From an uncultured virus (IMG/VR IMGVR_UViG_3300046507_000599) (taxonomy: Duplodnaviria; Heunggongvirae; Uroviricota; Caudoviricetes), in IMG/VR virus record IMGVR_UViG_3300046507_000599: DNA of 64,000 nucleotides, one strand, 5' to 3'. Shown here in pieces: positions 9,701 to 18,728 of the stretch. Within the stretch, counting starts at the first letter, position 1. Each line of letters starts with the position of its first letter. The position numbers and the translations under genes are program-made. The notes under the pieces were generated by a model. The model saw only the letters and a program-made list of their open reading frames with translations, was not told the origin of the DNA and searched no databases.

Positions 9701-10327
9701 CATGGTGTCGGCGATCTTGTTGGTGTTCTGGTTCGGCGTCAGGCGGCGCACGCGGATCTGCCAGCCAGTGGTTGCATCCGGTAGATCGATGCGGCGCGAG
9801 CGCTCGTAGCGCGTGGTGGTCTTGCCATCGACGGCGTCCACCAGCACCTGCTGATAGGCGCCGCCGTCGGTGGCGACGTCGATCGCGTATTCGATGCGGT
9901 AACCGCCGACATTGCCCTGGTCATCGGAGCGTTGCAGTGCCGGCCAAGCCAGGCGCATGCGCACAGCCGAAAGCTGGATGTTGGTGATTGACCGCACCCA
10001 CGGCGAATCGCTGCGCAGCTCAATGTTCAGCGACGTCTCGTTCTCCACGGACGGAATGCCGGGGATGTAAGTCTGATCCACCGAGCCCGGGCGCCAGTCC
10101 CACTTCACGTTCGGGAAGTTGTAGTTACCGCTGGCATCGCGGATCGGCGTGTTGTCCAGGTAGATGTCGTAATCGGTCGGGACGCTGTCGAACTCCCCTT
10201 CGCCCACGGCGATCAGCAGCTTGGCCAGGTTGGTCGAGCGCAGGCTGTCGCTGGCCTCGGTCGGCGACTTCGGCTTGCTGCTACCGCCCTTCTCGCCGTG
10301 GATGTCGATCTTTGCTGGTGCGCCCAT
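6761..10327 (-). CDS. Tail tip / host specificity protein (lambda J-like)
   Basis: 1188 aa; AWTNNPAW, FN3-like region, C-terminal FLVAADRFAI...VFMNAAFI. Confidence 0.95.
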   Translation of the reverse strand: MGAPAKIDIHGEKGGSSKPKSPTEASDSLRSTNLAKLLIAVGEGEFDSVPTDYDIYLDNTPIRDASGNYNFPNVKWDWRPGSVDQTYIPGIPSVENETSLNIELRSDSPWVRSITNIQLSAVRMRLAWPALQRSDDQGNVGGYRIEYAIDVATDGGAYQQVLVDAVDGKTTTRYERSRRIDLPDATTGWQIRVRRLTPNQNTNKIADTMLVAGYTEVIDAKLRYPNTALLYIEFDAEQFTNIPAVTVKCKARRWMVPSNYDPIQRTYTGTWDGSMKSAWTNNPAWITYGICTEERFGLGKRIKPFMVDKWELYRIAQYCDQLVPNGLGGQEPRFLCDMNLQGKADAWSLLRDISAIYRGMTYWAQGQLVMQADMPRAQDFDYVFTRANVIDGKFSYGSAPAKTRYTRALVSYDNPANNYDTDVIPFADLDLQRRYGDRPTELSAIGCTRASEAQRRGKWAILSNNQDRTVSFKTGMEGVIPLPGHIIPVADSLLAGREVGGRISGVAGRVITLDRDTQAKAGDRLIINLPGGRAEGRTVQSVNDRAVTVTVAYSEPPVAQLQWALDADDLAIPLYRVLRTKRTTEGDYEISALQFEPSKFAYIDTGARLEERPISVIPITVVPAPASVTLSSTSSIVQGLAVATMTISWPAVDGAVGYDVEWRKDSGNWIKLQRTGMTNVDVVGIYAGAYVARVRAVSAFDITSPWRNSILTNLSGKQGLPPALAFLTATPLLFGIYLKWGFPAGAEDSQRTEIWYGPTTSLEAATKLTDLAYPQSDFSMLGLRAGVTFYFWGRIVDKIGNIGPWYPIGMGVQGQSSSDAAAILEMIAGQITETELGEDLLAEIEKIPGLQAQIDALDGLKGYDPEATYEEYDLVVQGKRIYQATGPVPVETPPPNPAYWLDVGQTVETANGLAQQVATNTAEIIELDGVVTAQASATQTLRAAYREDDGVGDLTDAMKGWTSTASIATESKVRASENEATAQRITTFDAKIAANEANITQLEQVVATNASATATKIDQLNVSVDQNSAAIQQTSTAYADTAGKLTTMWSVKMQVTANGQYVAAGIGLGIENTGAGLQSQFLVAADRFAIVNTIAGGAIAVPFAVQGGQVFMNAAFIQDASIGNAKIGFFIQSDNYIAGVQGWRIDKAGNFELNSPLGGGARQTINNNGGKVFDENGVKRYQWGNLNA

Positions 10328-10385
10328 GCTTTCCTCCAGGCATAAAAAAACCGCCTCGCGGGCGGCCGGTGTGCTGCTGTCCTGA

Positions 10386-10994
10386 TTACGCTTTGTCTTC
10401 AGCCAGGATCGAGGCCGAAATGATCATCCCGCCCCACCGGCGTTCGCCGATGCAGATCGGCACCGGGTTGCCGCTGGCTGTGGTGTTCTTGGCGCTGCCG
10501 AAGGCGTAGGACGGGGAGTTTTCGGGGGACGCGCTCTGCTTCAGGCCAGAGGCCTGCGGGCTTAGCATTTGAATGACGCCGCCGATCGCCATCGACGCGC
10601 CGGCCGCATACAAAAACGGCGATGCAGCTGCAAACGGAGTGAACGACAGCACATAGGCTGCGGCGATCATGACCGTACCTATGATGGTCTGCAGACCGCC
10701 GGCGCGCTTGCTTCCACCAATCACAGGAACAATGCGAATCTCCCGCGTGCCGCCGAGATCGAATCCGTCCATCCCGATGTTTGTCCGATTCCGGAAGATC
10801 GCAAACTTCAGCCCAAGGCGCTCCAGTCGTTTAATTTCTTCGGCGAAACCATCAATCGTCGCATTGAGCGCACGGAACACCTCCACGGCCGATCCGCCGT
10901 CGAGAAGGAATAGCTTGCTTCGAAAAAACTTCTTCGCAAGCGAGCCGGACAACATGACTTTCGTCATTGGCGTGTAGGTAATTGCTGAGCACAT
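10386..10994 (-). CDS. Tail assembly protein (lambda I-like)
   Basis: IVPVIGGSK, SYAFGS..NT..GNPVPI..G. Confidence 0.92.
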   Translation of the reverse strand: MCSAITYTPMTKVMLSGSLAKKFFRSKLFLLDGGSAVEVFRALNATIDGFAEEIKRLERLGLKFAIFRNRTNIGMDGFDLGGTREIRIVPVIGGSKRAGGLQTIIGTVMIAAAYVLSFTPFAAASPFLYAAGASMAIGGVIQMLSPQASGLKQSASPENSPSYAFGSAKNTTASGNPVPICIGERRWGGMIISASILAEDKA

Positions 10995-11036
10995 GCCATT
11001 CTCCAGGCAATAAAAAACCGCCCGGAGGCGGTCTGT

Positions 11037-11462
11037 TCAGAGAGTCGTGGGCAGTATGTCGATCTGCCCATCACCACCGGTGAAAACTCGATACTTTTTG
11101 ACCGCGCCGTCTTTCACGATCGCTTCCCGCTCCACTCGGGCTGCACCCATAGAGCAGATGCCAGAGCCGGTGTAAGCGGCGCCAACTGAAACCGAATCAG
11201 GCGGCAGATAGAAAGATGCCTTCTGACCCGGGCCGAGCTTGGCAGCTTGTTTGCCATCGATAAAAACGGCCATTGAACAAAGGCTTCCGGTCTGCCCAGA
11301 GTCGCGGATGACTTGCAGTGTCCCAAATGCTCCTGATGGCTTGGCCTGGTAGGCTGACATCTGACTGGCAGGCGCCTGCTTTGCTTCGCTGGAAAGCACT
11401 GGCGATGTCGCACAACCTGTCATCAGCAAGGATGCCCCCGCTAATGTTATTAAATCTCGCAA
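11037..11462 (-). CDS. Lipoprotein moron
   Basis: Lipobox MTGC; lies between K and I. Confidence 0.8.
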   Translation of the reverse strand: MRDLITLAGASLLMTGCATSPVLSSEAKQAPASQMSAYQAKPSGAFGTLQVIRDSGQTGSLCSMAVFIDGKQAAKLGPGQKASFYLPPDSVSVGAAYTGSGICSMGAARVEREAIVKDGAVKKYRVFTGGDGQIDILPTTL

Positions 11463-11533
11463 TGCCGCCCCCTTATATCAACGATGATGTTTATATGATG
11501 CGTAGTCAACAATGGCAGAACACAAACTACATA

Positions 11534-12886
11534 TTAGCCCTTCAATTTAGCCCATTCAGATCTGAAAATATTCTCAAACGACTCATCCAACTCTGCTATT
11601 GGATGGATTAAAAAATCCTTAAGCGTAGAAACAAACAAATGCTCACCACCGAGCGCTAGCGCCACTTTTATTTTGCTACGAACCTCTTCTTCAGTCGCCC
11701 CCATAACATGCGCACAGTACGCCAAATTTCCTATAACGAATGAATCTTTTCCATTAGACGATAGCGCACGCTCAAGAAAATCTTTAGCTGCATTAAGCTT
11801 TTCGTCACGCCCGTGTTGATCGTGCCAACTTTCTTTCGCTTCACACAGGAGCAAGAAACCGAGGCCGTTATAGGCGCGACTAACTTGATCATTGAGGCCG
11901 TCTTGACGATATTTGGATTCCCACTCCAGAAATTTATAGTAGCCTTCCCTCTCTGAATCGTGCTCACCTAACGAGTTCTGAATAAACGATTTGTTGAGCA
12001 TTGCTTTAGCGGCATAAGCTCTAACCCTCTGCGACTCCCCTTCGGAAAACCTATCAATTAGCGACTCGTAAATCGATATAGCTTTTTTCGGATGGCCGAG
12101 CTGATTGTATGTCACAGCGAGATTGAAAAGTGACTCGGCTACTTCATCGTCAGTTGCATTTGTATGCCTTGCTGCTTTTTCCCAGAAACGAGCAGCGCTA
12201 GCCTTGTCACCCTCATTGTAATAATTGAACGCCAAATTATTCACATCAGTAAAACTATAATCTTGCTCCGACTTGCCTCTAGCAACTTCTGCAACTTCCG
12301 CAAGTGCTAGCGCCGATTGAGCATTGATATCTGATTTAACGACAGAATTACTCAACGGACTGGCTAGCTGCCTCTGCATTTGTTGTCTCGCATCGCTCGC
12401 TCCCGCCTGTACCCAAAGCACATGCTTTTCAAAGCTTTCTTTAGCTTGTAGCTCCAACTCACTAAGGCGCTCTTGAAGCAAATCAAATTTAGTTTTCAAA
12501 GAAACAGAGTTTTCATCAAACCAATCTTTCGCTACTCGCTCCGCCTCTTTTTTAGCCTTCGATTGCACAGACAGAAAACTGAAAACACCAAAAACCGTCA
12601 AAACTATCCCTAGACCCGAAAGAAGATTACCTAGCAGGTCAAGCCCTTGGTCAATTTTAGAGTTTTGTGCATCAACGCGTTTATCGACACCGTCAAACTT
12701 TGCCAAAACCAAGTCAAGATCCTTCCGCGAACTGTCTTTTAACGATTCAATCTTCAGCTGTGTTGACTCCTTTAAAGAATCCAACTGCACCGTCATCCCG
12801 CCACCCGACGACTCACCGGCATTGACTGAATTTGCAAAAAAAGAAAAAGCGCCAATCTGCAGCAGCGTCACCAAGTGCCTTAACAT
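11534..12886 (-). CDS. Membrane-anchored TPR-repeat protein (moron)
   Basis: Signal peptide, TM, coiled coil, TPR-like repeats (ESLFNLAVTYNQLG, AYNGLG); AT-rich DNA. Confidence 0.8.
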   Translation of the reverse strand: MLRHLVTLLQIGAFSFFANSVNAGESSGGGMTVQLDSLKESTQLKIESLKDSSRKDLDLVLAKFDGVDKRVDAQNSKIDQGLDLLGNLLSGLGIVLTVFGVFSFLSVQSKAKKEAERVAKDWFDENSVSLKTKFDLLQERLSELELQAKESFEKHVLWVQAGASDARQQMQRQLASPLSNSVVKSDINAQSALALAEVAEVARGKSEQDYSFTDVNNLAFNYYNEGDKASAARFWEKAARHTNATDDEVAESLFNLAVTYNQLGHPKKAISIYESLIDRFSEGESQRVRAYAAKAMLNKSFIQNSLGEHDSEREGYYKFLEWESKYRQDGLNDQVSRAYNGLGFLLLCEAKESWHDQHGRDEKLNAAKDFLERALSSNGKDSFVIGNLAYCAHVMGATEEEVRSKIKVALALGGEHLFVSTLKDFLIHPIAELDESFENIFRSEWAKLKG

Positions 12887-13065
12887 TACTTATGCTCTAC
12901 AGGGTCATAATGAAAGCTATTTAACATCACTCATCAAATTATCGCCAGATGGGCCTCAGGTTCCCTGCGCTGATCTCATAGCGATTCAACCCATTTTGCC
13001 CGTGCTCGGCTTGCCCCAAAAAAAATTTTCCCGCTGTAGCGACCTCCCGCAGATTCAAGCTGAGG

Positions 13066-13839
13066 TTACCTAAATCGACGTCTTGAATTGTGGTCTGCGG
13101 GCCTGAGGATCATCCGGGTGCGATCCAGCCAAGGGCCACCGAAAACGATGACCTCTGACGGCCTGCCATACAGGTGGTGCAGCAGGAACGGCCCGGGACC
13201 GAAAGTCGCAGCATCCTCACCCGGCAGCGCTGGATCAATGCCGAGGAAGATCCCGGCGTGGTTCGGGTAAACGGTTCTGCCCACCTCCATGACGATCATG
13301 TCGCCGCGCTGCGGCTGGTCGACGCGGTGGAAGCCGGCTGCCTCATAGTTCGCTTCGTACAGGCTGGTGTTGTCCTTGCTTTCCCACCAGCCATCAGCGC
13401 GCTTGAACGCTTCGAACTCCAGCCCCCACTCCTGCTTGTACCAGTCGGCGCAAACCTGCCAGCAGTCCCAGGCGCCGTGCACGAAGGGTCGCTTGAGCAG
13501 CGGCACCTCGCCGGACGGTGTGATGGTGCGAAAATCGCCTTCGGGCCAGCTCAAAATGTGCCAGGGCATGGCCGTCGCTTCGCACATCGCTAGGTCGCGC
13601 GGCGAAGGCCGGCTGGTGGCGTCCGGATGCGAATGCACCACGCCGATCACTTCGCCGACGTCCTCAGCCGCGGCGTACTGCTCCGGGTCGATTCGAAATT
13701 CCTCGTTCGGCTCGGTGGAAATGTTGCGGCACGGGAAATATTGTTGCTTGCGACCCACAGCCAGCAGCAGCCCGCAGCACTCTTTCGGGTACTCGGCCGC
13801 CGCGTGTGCCTGGATCGCGGTCAAGATGTGCTTTCGCAT
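13066..13839 (-). CDS. Tail assembly protein (lambda K-like, JAB + NlpC/P60)
   Basis: ECCGL, VHSHPD, DCW, NHAGI motifs. Confidence 0.93.
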   Translation of the reverse strand: MRKHILTAIQAHAAAEYPKECCGLLLAVGRKQQYFPCRNISTEPNEEFRIDPEQYAAAEDVGEVIGVVHSHPDATSRPSPRDLAMCEATAMPWHILSWPEGDFRTITPSGEVPLLKRPFVHGAWDCWQVCADWYKQEWGLEFEAFKRADGWWESKDNTSLYEANYEAAGFHRVDQPQRGDMIVMEVGRTVYPNHAGIFLGIDPALPGEDAATFGPGPFLLHHLYGRPSEVIVFGGPWLDRTRMILRPADHNSRRRFR

Positions 13840-13840
13840 G

Positions 13841-14590
13841 TCAGCTCCGTGCAATCAAGGAAACAGCAGGGAAGCCACCAAACGGCAGCGGGCTCCCTTC
13901 GCCGAAGCGCGGGATGCAGCCTTTGCCGAGCGTGGCATCGCACTCGTCCAGTTCAGGGTTGTCGGTGATGACACCGTCCTTGGTGATGTACGGGCCGGTG
14001 TAGCCGCAGTTCGGCCCGCGATAGCCGCCGGTAAGGCACCAGTGGCAAAGCGTTGTGGCCTGCCGCCCGATCGACTCATTGCCGACGTCGCCCGGGCTGG
14101 CCAACTCCCAACTGACCGTCTCCCCGTCCTCATTCGTCTTCTGGTCGATGTACCAGACCTCGATCGTCTCTTGGGTAGGGTCGGCCGTTGGGTTGCCGGC
14201 CGGGAAGTTCGCCGCGTCGAGGTAGCTGCCGAGCGTGTGCCGCATCGTCAGCTTGAACTCGAGCAAGTCCTCGAACGCCAGACAGAGCCCGGTGATACGC
14301 CCATTCACGTTGCCCACCGACAGAGTTGGCCGGACCGCTGTGCCGTCGCCGTTCACCTCAATGCCGTCGATCTGCATCGGCCAGGCGCTGTACTCGTTGC
14401 CCTGCCAGTAGATGGCCTTCGCCGGCAGTTGGTCGGCATTGTCGCCGGCGGCAATCAGCTCGGCCGCCGTGTGCGGGATCGCATGTCCGTGGAAGCGCAG
14501 AACGTCCGCGCCATAGTCCGTGCCGTCCAATTCAAAGAGCAGCACTTCGCTGCCAGGCTCAAGCACCTGGATGTCACTGATCAGCGGCAT
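13841..14590 (-). CDS. Minor tail protein (lambda L-like)
   Basis: Cys cluster C.W..YRG.NCGY, FGGFP end. Confidence 0.93.
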   Translation of the reverse strand: MPLISDIQVLEPGSEVLLFELDGTDYGADVLRFHGHAIPHTAAELIAAGDNADQLPAKAIYWQGNEYSAWPMQIDGIEVNGDGTAVRPTLSVGNVNGRITGLCLAFEDLLEFKLTMRHTLGSYLDAANFPAGNPTADPTQETIEVWYIDQKTNEDGETVSWELASPGDVGNESIGRQATTLCHWCLTGGYRGPNCGYTGPYITKDGVITDNPELDECDATLGKGCIPRFGEGSPLPFGGFPAVSLIARS

Positions 14591-14599
14591 GGTTGCCCC

Positions 14600-14938
14600 T
14601 TATGGTTTGAATGCCCGCTCGAACGTGGCGGTGAGTTTGAAGACCTCGCCACCCATTGGTATGGGAGCGGGATTTTTGCAGGTGAACAGTCCGAGTTCGC
14701 CGAGCGGCGTTGCCCAGAGAAACGCCTTCGCCCCGGCGTGCCGGTCGAGGAACGCCATGATCTGCTGCACCTTGGCCTTGTGGCCGACGCAGGTGATCGG
14801 ATAGGAGTCCTCTTTGTTATTTGGTCCGTCGCCGACGTTTTGGGCGTAGCCATTGCCAAACTTCGAGGAGCGCACCCGATAGTTGATATCGGGTGTTTCC
14901 CCGCGCCCGGTTGGCCACGTGAATTTCTCGATGGCCAT
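14600..14938 (-). CDS. Minor tail protein (lambda M-like)
   Basis: FGNGYAQ, FL..H.G.KAF.W..P. Confidence 0.92.
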   Translation of the reverse strand: MAIEKFTWPTGRGETPDINYRVRSSKFGNGYAQNVGDGPNNKEDSYPITCVGHKAKVQQIMAFLDRHAGAKAFLWATPLGELGLFTCKNPAPIPMGGEVFKLTATFERAFKP

Positions 14939-17900
14939 CAGGCCCTCCCATTTGCTTTTCGGAAGCTGGTGCCGCCTGGATACCAAGAGTCAGCGACGGC
15001 TTTTTCGGCCACCGCCCGCATTTGCGACTGAAGGTTTTTCGACAGGGCCTGCTGGTCGATCTGCATCCCTTCGGAGCTGCGATCCTGCGTCATCACCGTC
15101 ACCGGCGCGTTGATGCTGATCGAAGTTCCGGAGCCGCCACCGGCAGCGATAACCCCAAGCTTTCCGCTGGAGGTCCTGGTCAGCGGCATGATCGCCTCCG
15201 GCCCCGCCTCCCCCATGACACCCGCCCCGCCGCCGGCCATCCCGAAGGCGGTCGGCGCGCTGACGATGTTGTTGGTGAAGGCTCCGCCGTTGGCGAACAT
15301 CTGCACACCCGACGACCATGCACCGCCGAGGGCCTGCGGGAAGTAGGTGCTGGAGTAACCTGCCGAGGACGCGCCGAGATTGGAAGAAGTCGCACCAGCT
15401 GATCCAGCCGTCAGCCCATTACCGCCACCACCTCCGGTGAAGTAACTGGTAGCAGCACCTACGAGGCTGCTCAGCAACGCAGAGCTGGCCTGGCGGGTCG
15501 CGATCCGTGCCATGTCCGCCAGAATCGACTTGGTGAAATCGGCGAACGACAACTTCCCGGTCATGGCGAAGTTCACGACCGCGTCTTCCATCGAGCTGAA
15601 GGCGTTGCCGAACAGGGTCTTTGTCTGGCCGGCAATATTGCTCGCCGAGTCTAGGTAATTGGCCCAAGCCGACGTTGCGCCCTTGGTCCAGTCCCCTTGA
15701 GCTTTCTCGACATCGGCGTAGTTCTGCCGGATCTGATCGGTGGCAGCTTTGTTCGCATCGGCGAGAGCCTGCGACTTCCGGGCGAACTCCTCCTCCGACA
15801 TGTTTCGCGACGGATCTGACTTCTGGCTTGCCAGTTCCAGCGACTGCTGAGCGAACCGATCCTGTTGGCTGTTCAGCTCATTGTTGAGTGCGTTCTGTCG
15901 ATCGCCCTGTCCGACGCCAAGCACTGCGCGCTGCCCTGCCAGCTCCAGTGCGCGCTGCTGCTGAGCCAACGCCTGAACGTAGGTCGTGATCGCCCGCTCT
16001 TGCCGGGCAAGGCGGCCGGTTTCATTTGTGGCCAGTACCTCGAGCTGGCTGTCCGCGTCCTTCTGCGCTTTGACCATCCTCGCGCGCGCGTCGGCGATCT
16101 TCTGGTCGAGCTGGATGCCTTGCGCAGCAGAGGTGGTTTTTTTCGCCTTGGCAGATTCCAGCGCTGCGATCTCAGCCTCGTAGGCTGCGGTCACCTCGTC
16201 GCGCTCGTTACCGATCAGCGCTTCGCGCTTCAGGGCATAGTCGGCTTGAGAAACGAGTCCGGCCTTCAGTGCTGCGTCCAGTTCCTTCTGGGCGTTTTTG
16301 TACTCTTCGCCGATGGCTGCCAGGTTGTTCTTGGCATTGTTGAATCTGGTCAGGTCGACCTGAGTGCCTGCCGTTTTTGCATCCTTGAACTGGTCATTGA
16401 TGTTCGCCAGGTTCTTGTCGATTGCCGCCTGATTCAGGCGTGGGTCGTTGGGTGCGACCTTGCGGATATCTTCGAGCTGCCGCTTGTATTCCTTGATCGC
16501 GTCGGTACGTTTTTGCTCATTCGTCCACGCTGACTTAGTGAGTGCGTCTACCTTCGCCATTGAGGAGACGGCATCGCCCTGAGCTTTCGCCTGCTCTCCT
16601 TGCCATTTGGCGATATCGGCTTCGGCAGCCTTCTGATCCTCCAGCATGTTGAGACGATTCTGGTAGAGATCAATCATCTCCTGTTTATTCTGGAACAGGC
16701 CGACATTGCCTGCCTGAGCGCTCGCCAAGTCGCGCTGGGCTTGCTCGATATCGGCGCCGATATCGCTGCGCCCGATATTCTTCAATCCATCAGCAGCCCG
16801 AGCAACGGCGTTGTAGCCCTTCTCCCAGAAACTCAGATTCTCGAGGATTCGAGGTGTGCGCTCGTTGATTGCATCAGCGAACGACTCGGTGGCCAGCTTC
16901 ACGGCGCCGGCATGATCGCCCTGCTTCTCCAGCGCGGTGATTTGCGAGTAAACCGAAGCGGTCAGGTAGTGGTACTGCTCATTCAGCGCGGCAGAGGCCT
17001 TGACCGGGTCGTCGGCGAGCTTGGAAAACTCGGCAACTGTCTCGCTAACGGCTTTACCTGTCGCTTCCTGCATCGACAAGGCGGCTTGGGTGATTCCAGT
17101 GAAGCTCTCCCCGGCGATCTTGCCGTTGTCGGCCAGCAGAGCCAGCACTGCTGCGGCCTGACCAGTGGTGCCAACGGTTGCGCTTACCTGGCGGGCCATG
17201 TCTCCCAATTGCCCGGCGCTCACACCGGCGTAATTGCCGGTCAGGATCAGCGATTTGTTGTAGCTGTCCTGCTCCTCGCTGCCCTTGTAGAAAGCGTATG
17301 CCAGCCCACCCACTGCGGCGGTGGCCAGCGCAAGAGGGCCAAGAATTGCGAGCAGTCCCGCCGCACCCTCACCCGCACCAGCGCCCAATTGCGCGACTGC
17401 GCGAACGCCGCTACCCCAGTCTCCCGAAGACAGCGCATTCCCCAGTTGCACGACGTTTTCCTGTGCCTGGCGCGTGCCAAGTCGCAGTTTGTCGAAACCG
17501 GTGGCGGTTTTGTTGAGCTTGTCGTAGTCCTTGTCGATCTTACTCAGGGCGATGGTGTACTCGTCCTGGCTGATCCGGCCGGCATCCAGATGTTTGCCCA
17601 GTTGCTCGACCTGAGTATCCAGCTTCGCCAGAGCGGCGCGGGCCGGGTCAATGGCGCCCAACAGGCTGTTCAGTGCCTTCTGCTCATCCATGGTCGACTT
17701 GGCCAGCGCTACCTGCTGCTTATCGAGTTGCGCCGAGATCTTCGCGGCCTCCGCCTCGCCATAGGCGCCTGTTTTGGTCAGCTTCGCCAGCGCATCACGT
17801 TGCTTGGCAAGGTCCTGCGTGGTCTTGGCGCTGGTGGAAAGCGACTTCTCCAGCGCCTGCATTTCGTTCATTAGCGAAACGGCAGACTGCTCGGCCCGGC

Positions 17901-17988
17901 CGCCGGCCTTCGCCATTTCATCCAGGCTCGTTTTGGCCTCGATCGCATCGGCCGAGTCGATCGTGACGCCGAGTTCTGCAATGTTCAT
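14938..17988 (-). CDS. Tape measure protein
   Basis: 1016 aa, Ala-rich helical; follows chaperones; GEAGPEAIMPL. Confidence 0.95.
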   Translation of the reverse strand: MNIAELGVTIDSADAIEAKTSLDEMAKAGGRAEQSAVSLMNEMQALEKSLSTSAKTTQDLAKQRDALAKLTKTGAYGEAEAAKISAQLDKQQVALAKSTMDEQKALNSLLGAIDPARAALAKLDTQVEQLGKHLDAGRISQDEYTIALSKIDKDYDKLNKTATGFDKLRLGTRQAQENVVQLGNALSSGDWGSGVRAVAQLGAGAGEGAAGLLAILGPLALATAAVGGLAYAFYKGSEEQDSYNKSLILTGNYAGVSAGQLGDMARQVSATVGTTGQAAAVLALLADNGKIAGESFTGITQAALSMQEATGKAVSETVAEFSKLADDPVKASAALNEQYHYLTASVYSQITALEKQGDHAGAVKLATESFADAINERTPRILENLSFWEKGYNAVARAADGLKNIGRSDIGADIEQAQRDLASAQAGNVGLFQNKQEMIDLYQNRLNMLEDQKAAEADIAKWQGEQAKAQGDAVSSMAKVDALTKSAWTNEQKRTDAIKEYKRQLEDIRKVAPNDPRLNQAAIDKNLANINDQFKDAKTAGTQVDLTRFNNAKNNLAAIGEEYKNAQKELDAALKAGLVSQADYALKREALIGNERDEVTAAYEAEIAALESAKAKKTTSAAQGIQLDQKIADARARMVKAQKDADSQLEVLATNETGRLARQERAITTYVQALAQQQRALELAGQRAVLGVGQGDRQNALNNELNSQQDRFAQQSLELASQKSDPSRNMSEEEFARKSQALADANKAATDQIRQNYADVEKAQGDWTKGATSAWANYLDSASNIAGQTKTLFGNAFSSMEDAVVNFAMTGKLSFADFTKSILADMARIATRQASSALLSSLVGAATSYFTGGGGGNGLTAGSAGATSSNLGASSAGYSSTYFPQALGGAWSSGVQMFANGGAFTNNIVSAPTAFGMAGGGAGVMGEAGPEAIMPLTRTSSGKLGVIAAGGGSGTSISINAPVTVMTQDRSSEGMQIDQQALSKNLQSQMRAVAEKAVADSWYPGGTSFRKANGRA

Positions 17989-18015
17989 CGACTCACCTTG
18001 AATAAGTGCCCGTGG

Positions 18016-18348
18016 TTACGGGCTGTTTTCCCTTTCCTCCGCCATGACGCGCAGGGCTTCGCCTTCCAGCACCTGCAGGTCAGGAAAGATTTCAGCGAGG
18101 TTCTTTTTCTTGATGCCGAGGAATTCGGCGACGTCGCGAATGCAGTTGTAATCGAGGCCGATTGCGCCACCGGAGCCGACCCGCCACTGCGTGGACATTC
18201 GGTTGAACAGGAGAAAGGCCGGCCAGTTGCATGGCCAGACCTCTACATCGTCACCAGACAAATCAGCAGCCGTCAGCCCGAGGATTGCCAACTGCTCAGC
18301 AGATGGTCCGCTTTCGTACAACGCTGCGGCTGCTGCCCTCAGTTTCCC
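18016..18348 (-). CDS. Tail assembly chaperone, frameshifted extension (gpT-like)
   Basis: -1 frame entered at GGGAAAC; QWR....GLDY motif. Confidence 0.8.
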   Translation of the reverse strand, partial: GKLRAAAAALYESGPSAEQLAILGLTAADLSGDDVEVWPCNWPAFLLFNRMSTQWRVGSGGAIGLDYNCIRDVAEFLGIKKKNLAEIFPDLQVLEGEALRVMAEERENSP

Positions 18349-18719
18349 AGCCGTGCCTGATTGAATGCGCTCTGGTAGGCATTCACTACCGCTTCGGCAG
18401 TACCTTGGCATGACTTCACAAGGGCAAGGATGCTCTTGTCGTCGAACTTGTCATCGAAGCCCCAGCCCGCGACCAGGTCCTTGACCTGATGCACCTGATA
18501 TTCGGTTTCGGCAGCAACGACATCTGACAATGTGGTGCCTTCCCCGAACCCCTCGCGCATTTCCTTCGCCTTCCTGTTCCACTCGTCGAACAGCGCGGCG
18601 AGTGCCGGGCGATCGCGATACTTGAAGGTGAACTCGATTGCCTCGGGCTCACACCCAACGACAGGGATGTGCACAAGTGCCCTGAACGTAGGGTTCTGGG
18701 CGATCCTGATCTTTGCCAT
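18339..18719 (-). CDS. Tail assembly chaperone (gpG-like)
   Basis: NPTF.A.V.IP...FTFKY; ends ARLGN on slippery site. Confidence 0.88.
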   Translation of the reverse strand: MAKIRIAQNPTFRALVHIPVVGCEPEAIEFTFKYRDRPALAALFDEWNRKAKEMREGFGEGTTLSDVVAAETEYQVHQVKDLVAGWGFDDKFDDKSILALVKSCQGTAEAVVNAYQSAFNQARLGN

Positions 18720-18728
18720 GGGGAGTCC

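Noticed and set aside
13367..15031. 554-aa + strand ORF (also 16600-17874, 22074-23024 and similar)
   Set aside because: Antisense shadows of clear GC-rich structural genes; no RBS or motifs
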